Assembly (NCBI GenBank): GCA_964566225.1
Contig: CAZMHV010000004.1
Span: 248-64,247 of the forward strand
Reading direction: 5' to 3'
DNA from: an uncultured Gammaproteobacteria bacterium
GTDB lineage: Bacteria > Patescibacteriota > Patescibacteriia > Magasanikbacterales > UBA922
Length of the DNA stretch: 64,000 bases
Under the pieces are notes generated by a model. That model had not been told where the DNA came from, ran no database searches, and worked only from the letters and a program-made list of their open reading frames with translations. Made by a program: the position numbers and the translations under genes. Of this stretch, positions 62,392-64,000 are shown piece after piece; positions within the stretch are counted from its first letter, which is position 1, and each line of letters begins with the position of its first letter.

Positions 62392-62904
62392 GTGGGAAAT
62401 CAGCCCACCAAAATCCTCGGCCGCTTGCGAAGCGGCGAGGTCGTGCAGGATCGGGCGCAGTCCCACCTGCACGCGGGAGTCATCGAGCTGCTCCCGGAAG
62501 TGCTCAGCTCGACCGATTCGCGCGGCAAGGCGAATTTCGTCCGTGAGTTCCGGTTCAATCGCGTGGTTGGTATCAACAACCGCGTGAAGACCGGAGCGAA
62601 CGACGAGATCGTCTTCGCCCAGCGCGTGGGGCGCACCGGGCTGTCGCGGTTCGTGAAGAATCGCCAGCCCGAGCCGACCCGGTATGTGACCGTCGTCCTC
62701 AACCGCCGCGCGAGTGGCGTGTATGAGGTGTTGACGGCCTACATCGGTTCGGCCGCCCCGCGCGAGCCATGGGATCCTCGCGCGGATCGAGAAGTCTCTG
62801 CACGGTTCTGGGCCTCCGAAGCGCTGCTTTGGGGCTCTGAGCCGGTCGTCGATGGAACTGAAACAACGAACATGCCGGATTCGTTCCGGCTCGAAGGAGT
62901 GTGA
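62392..62904 (+). CDS. hypothetical protein E (170 aa), immediately upstream of and nearly abutting the AAA+ ATPase gene
   Basis: GTG start after GGAGG, high GC3, stop 3 nt before the ATPase ATG. No family recognised. Confidence 0.55.
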   Translation: MGNQPTKILGRLRSGEVVQDRAQSHLHAGVIELLPEVLSSTDSRGKANFVREFRFNRVVGINNRVKTGANDEIVFAQRVGRTGLSRFVKNRQPEPTRYVTVVLNRRASGVYEVLTAYIGSAAPREPWDPRADREVSARFWASEALLWGSEPVVDGTETTNMPDSFRLEGV

Positions 62905-62907
62905 GAC

Positions 62908-64000
62908 ATGGCCGACCAGGCCACCCTGAAGCGGGCCATGGCACTCAAGCCCAAGATTGAGGCCAACACCAACGTCGTCCTGCGCGAGTTCATCAAGCGG
63001 GACGACATCGTGCGGGCAGTCTGGCTCGCGCTCCTCTCCGACTCCGCCGCGTTCTTCCTGGGCCCGCCGGGCGTCGCCAAGACCGCCACGGTGCAGCGCC
63101 TCGCGCGCGAGATCACCGGGTGCGTGTTCTTCGAGGCCCTGATGCCGGCCATCGTTTCGGCGGATCAGCTCTTCGTGGAGTCCACCTCCATCGAGGAGCA
63201 CCCGACGGACGACGGTGGCAAGGCCATCGCGGTCAAGAACAAGCTGGGGCGGGCCACCAAGGCGCACGTCTTCTTCGCCGACGAGGTGTGGAAGACCGAG
63301 CCGATGGTGCTCCAGCCCCTGCTCGACCTGGCCCGGGCCGACGGAGTCCGTCACGATGGGTCGTTCCATGCGACCCCGATCATGGCCTTCCTCGCCGCGT
63401 CGAACGAGCTGCCCGAAGAGGGGAGCAAGCTCGGCGCGATGTGGAGCCGGATGATCATTCGCGTGGACGTTCGGGGTCTCGACCGCTCCGGCCGCAAGGC
63501 CATGGTCGCCTCGCGTCTCCGTCAGGAACGCAAGGAGCCCGTGCCCCAGGCCACGACGAACGACCGCCTCAGCGTGGAGGACTTGAAACTCCTCCAGCAG
63601 GCGCGGCCGCACGTGGAGCTCCCCGACGAGATCATCGAGATCGTTCTCGACCTGATCGAGGAGTTGACGAAGCAGGACGAGGCTGGATTCGGTTGGCTCC
63701 GCGAGGACGACCGCCGGTTCGGATTCATCTGCGACGTCCTGCAGTCGGCTGCCCTGCTGGCCGGTCGCTCGGTCGTCACCAAGGCCGACCTCGCCGCGCT
63801 GGAGTGGATGATGTGGAATGAGCCGAGCCAGATCCCCGCGATCAAGGCCGTACTCGCCCCCCTCATTCGGACGCCGGCCGGCGAGGCACAGGAGATGGTC
63901 GACGCCCTCATGGCGCCGGATGGCGTAGTGGATGGCTTCCTGCAGAACAAGCACGAGAAGTCCACCGACGCCCTCCGGCAATGCCGGGAAACCATGGCGG
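62908..64000 (+). CDS. RavA/MoxR-family AAA+ ATPase, 3'-truncated by window end
   Basis: Own translation: ...FFLGPPGVAKTATVQRLAREI (MoxR-type Walker A GxPGxAK[ST], cf. RavA LLGPPGIAKS) and Walker B HVFFADEVWK. Open to the window end, hence absent from the ORF track. Confidence 0.75.
   Translation, partial: MADQATLKRAMALKPKIEANTNVVLREFIKRDDIVRAVWLALLSDSAAFFLGPPGVAKTATVQRLAREITGCVFFEALMPAIVSADQLFVESTSIEEHPTDDGGKAIAVKNKLGRATKAHVFFADEVWKTEPMVLQPLLDLARADGVRHDGSFHATPIMAFLAASNELPEEGSKLGAMWSRMIIRVDVRGLDRSGRKAMVASRLRQERKEPVPQATTNDRLSVEDLKLLQQARPHVELPDEIIEIVLDLIEELTKQDEAGFGWLREDDRRFGFICDVLQSAALLAGRSVVTKADLAALEWMMWNEPSQIPAIKAVLAPLIRTPAGEAQEMVDALMAPDGVVDGFLQNKHEKSTDALRQCRETMA

Noticed and set aside
62374-63995. 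Minus-strand ORFs 62374..63981 (535 aa) and 63522..63995 (157 aa), and plus-strand ORFs 62957..63142, 63120..63821 and 63215..63454
   Set aside because: These are shadow frames of the frame-1 AAA+ ATPase gene and of gene E. Their translations are Arg/Gly/Pro-rich and low-complexity, whereas frame 1 carries canonical Walker A and B motifs.

Overview
The window is compositionally two-part. Bases 1 to about 57,575 are an AT-rich, gene-dense bacterial chromosome with short intergenic regions, many rho-independent terminators and small paralogous gene families; the style suggests a reduced-genome bacterium, possibly of the CPR/Patescibacteria type (inference only). Recognisable house-keeping genes include thrS, miaB and miaA, a pyrD-pyrE-pyrF operon behind an aspartase/fumarase-family lyase and an argH-like lyase, gatB, gyrB, gyrA, rpsA-like S1, rplY and a FtsW/RodA SEDS protein. 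A T4-like thymidylate cluster (tmk-folA-thyA-phosphoesterase-dut-kinase-dCMP deaminase) is present. The secE-nusG-rplK-rplA block is interrupted by a Cys-rich lipoprotein gene. Also present are a GspE/PilB-type ATPase, four tandem DUF990/ABC-2-type permease paralogs and several very large proteins of unknown function (1477, 889 and 702 aa). Promoters here share the architecture TTGnCA-N16/17-TGGTATAnT. Two intergenic regions carry 27- and 28-bp perfect inverted repeats around GC-rich cores, and a T-box-like motif plus terminator precedes thrS. From about 58,190 to the window end the DNA becomes strongly GC-rich, with third codon positions almost uniformly G/C, and encodes six same-strand genes. 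These are four small unknown proteins, a 2-TM membrane protein with a small C-terminal domain, and a RavA/MoxR-family AAA+ ATPase (Walker A GPPGVAKT) that runs off the window. Each of these genes is separated from the next by 250-730 bp hairpin-dense, mid-GC non-coding spacers that match neither compositional regime. The junction lies directly after a host-type strong promoter that drives a ~170-nt terminated transcript (candidate sRNA). I interpret the GC-rich block as a recently acquired or chimeric foreign module and the most likely location of a novel system, possibly a conflict/defence module; I could not assign its small proteins to known families. I recognised no rRNA, tRNA or CRISPR arrays.
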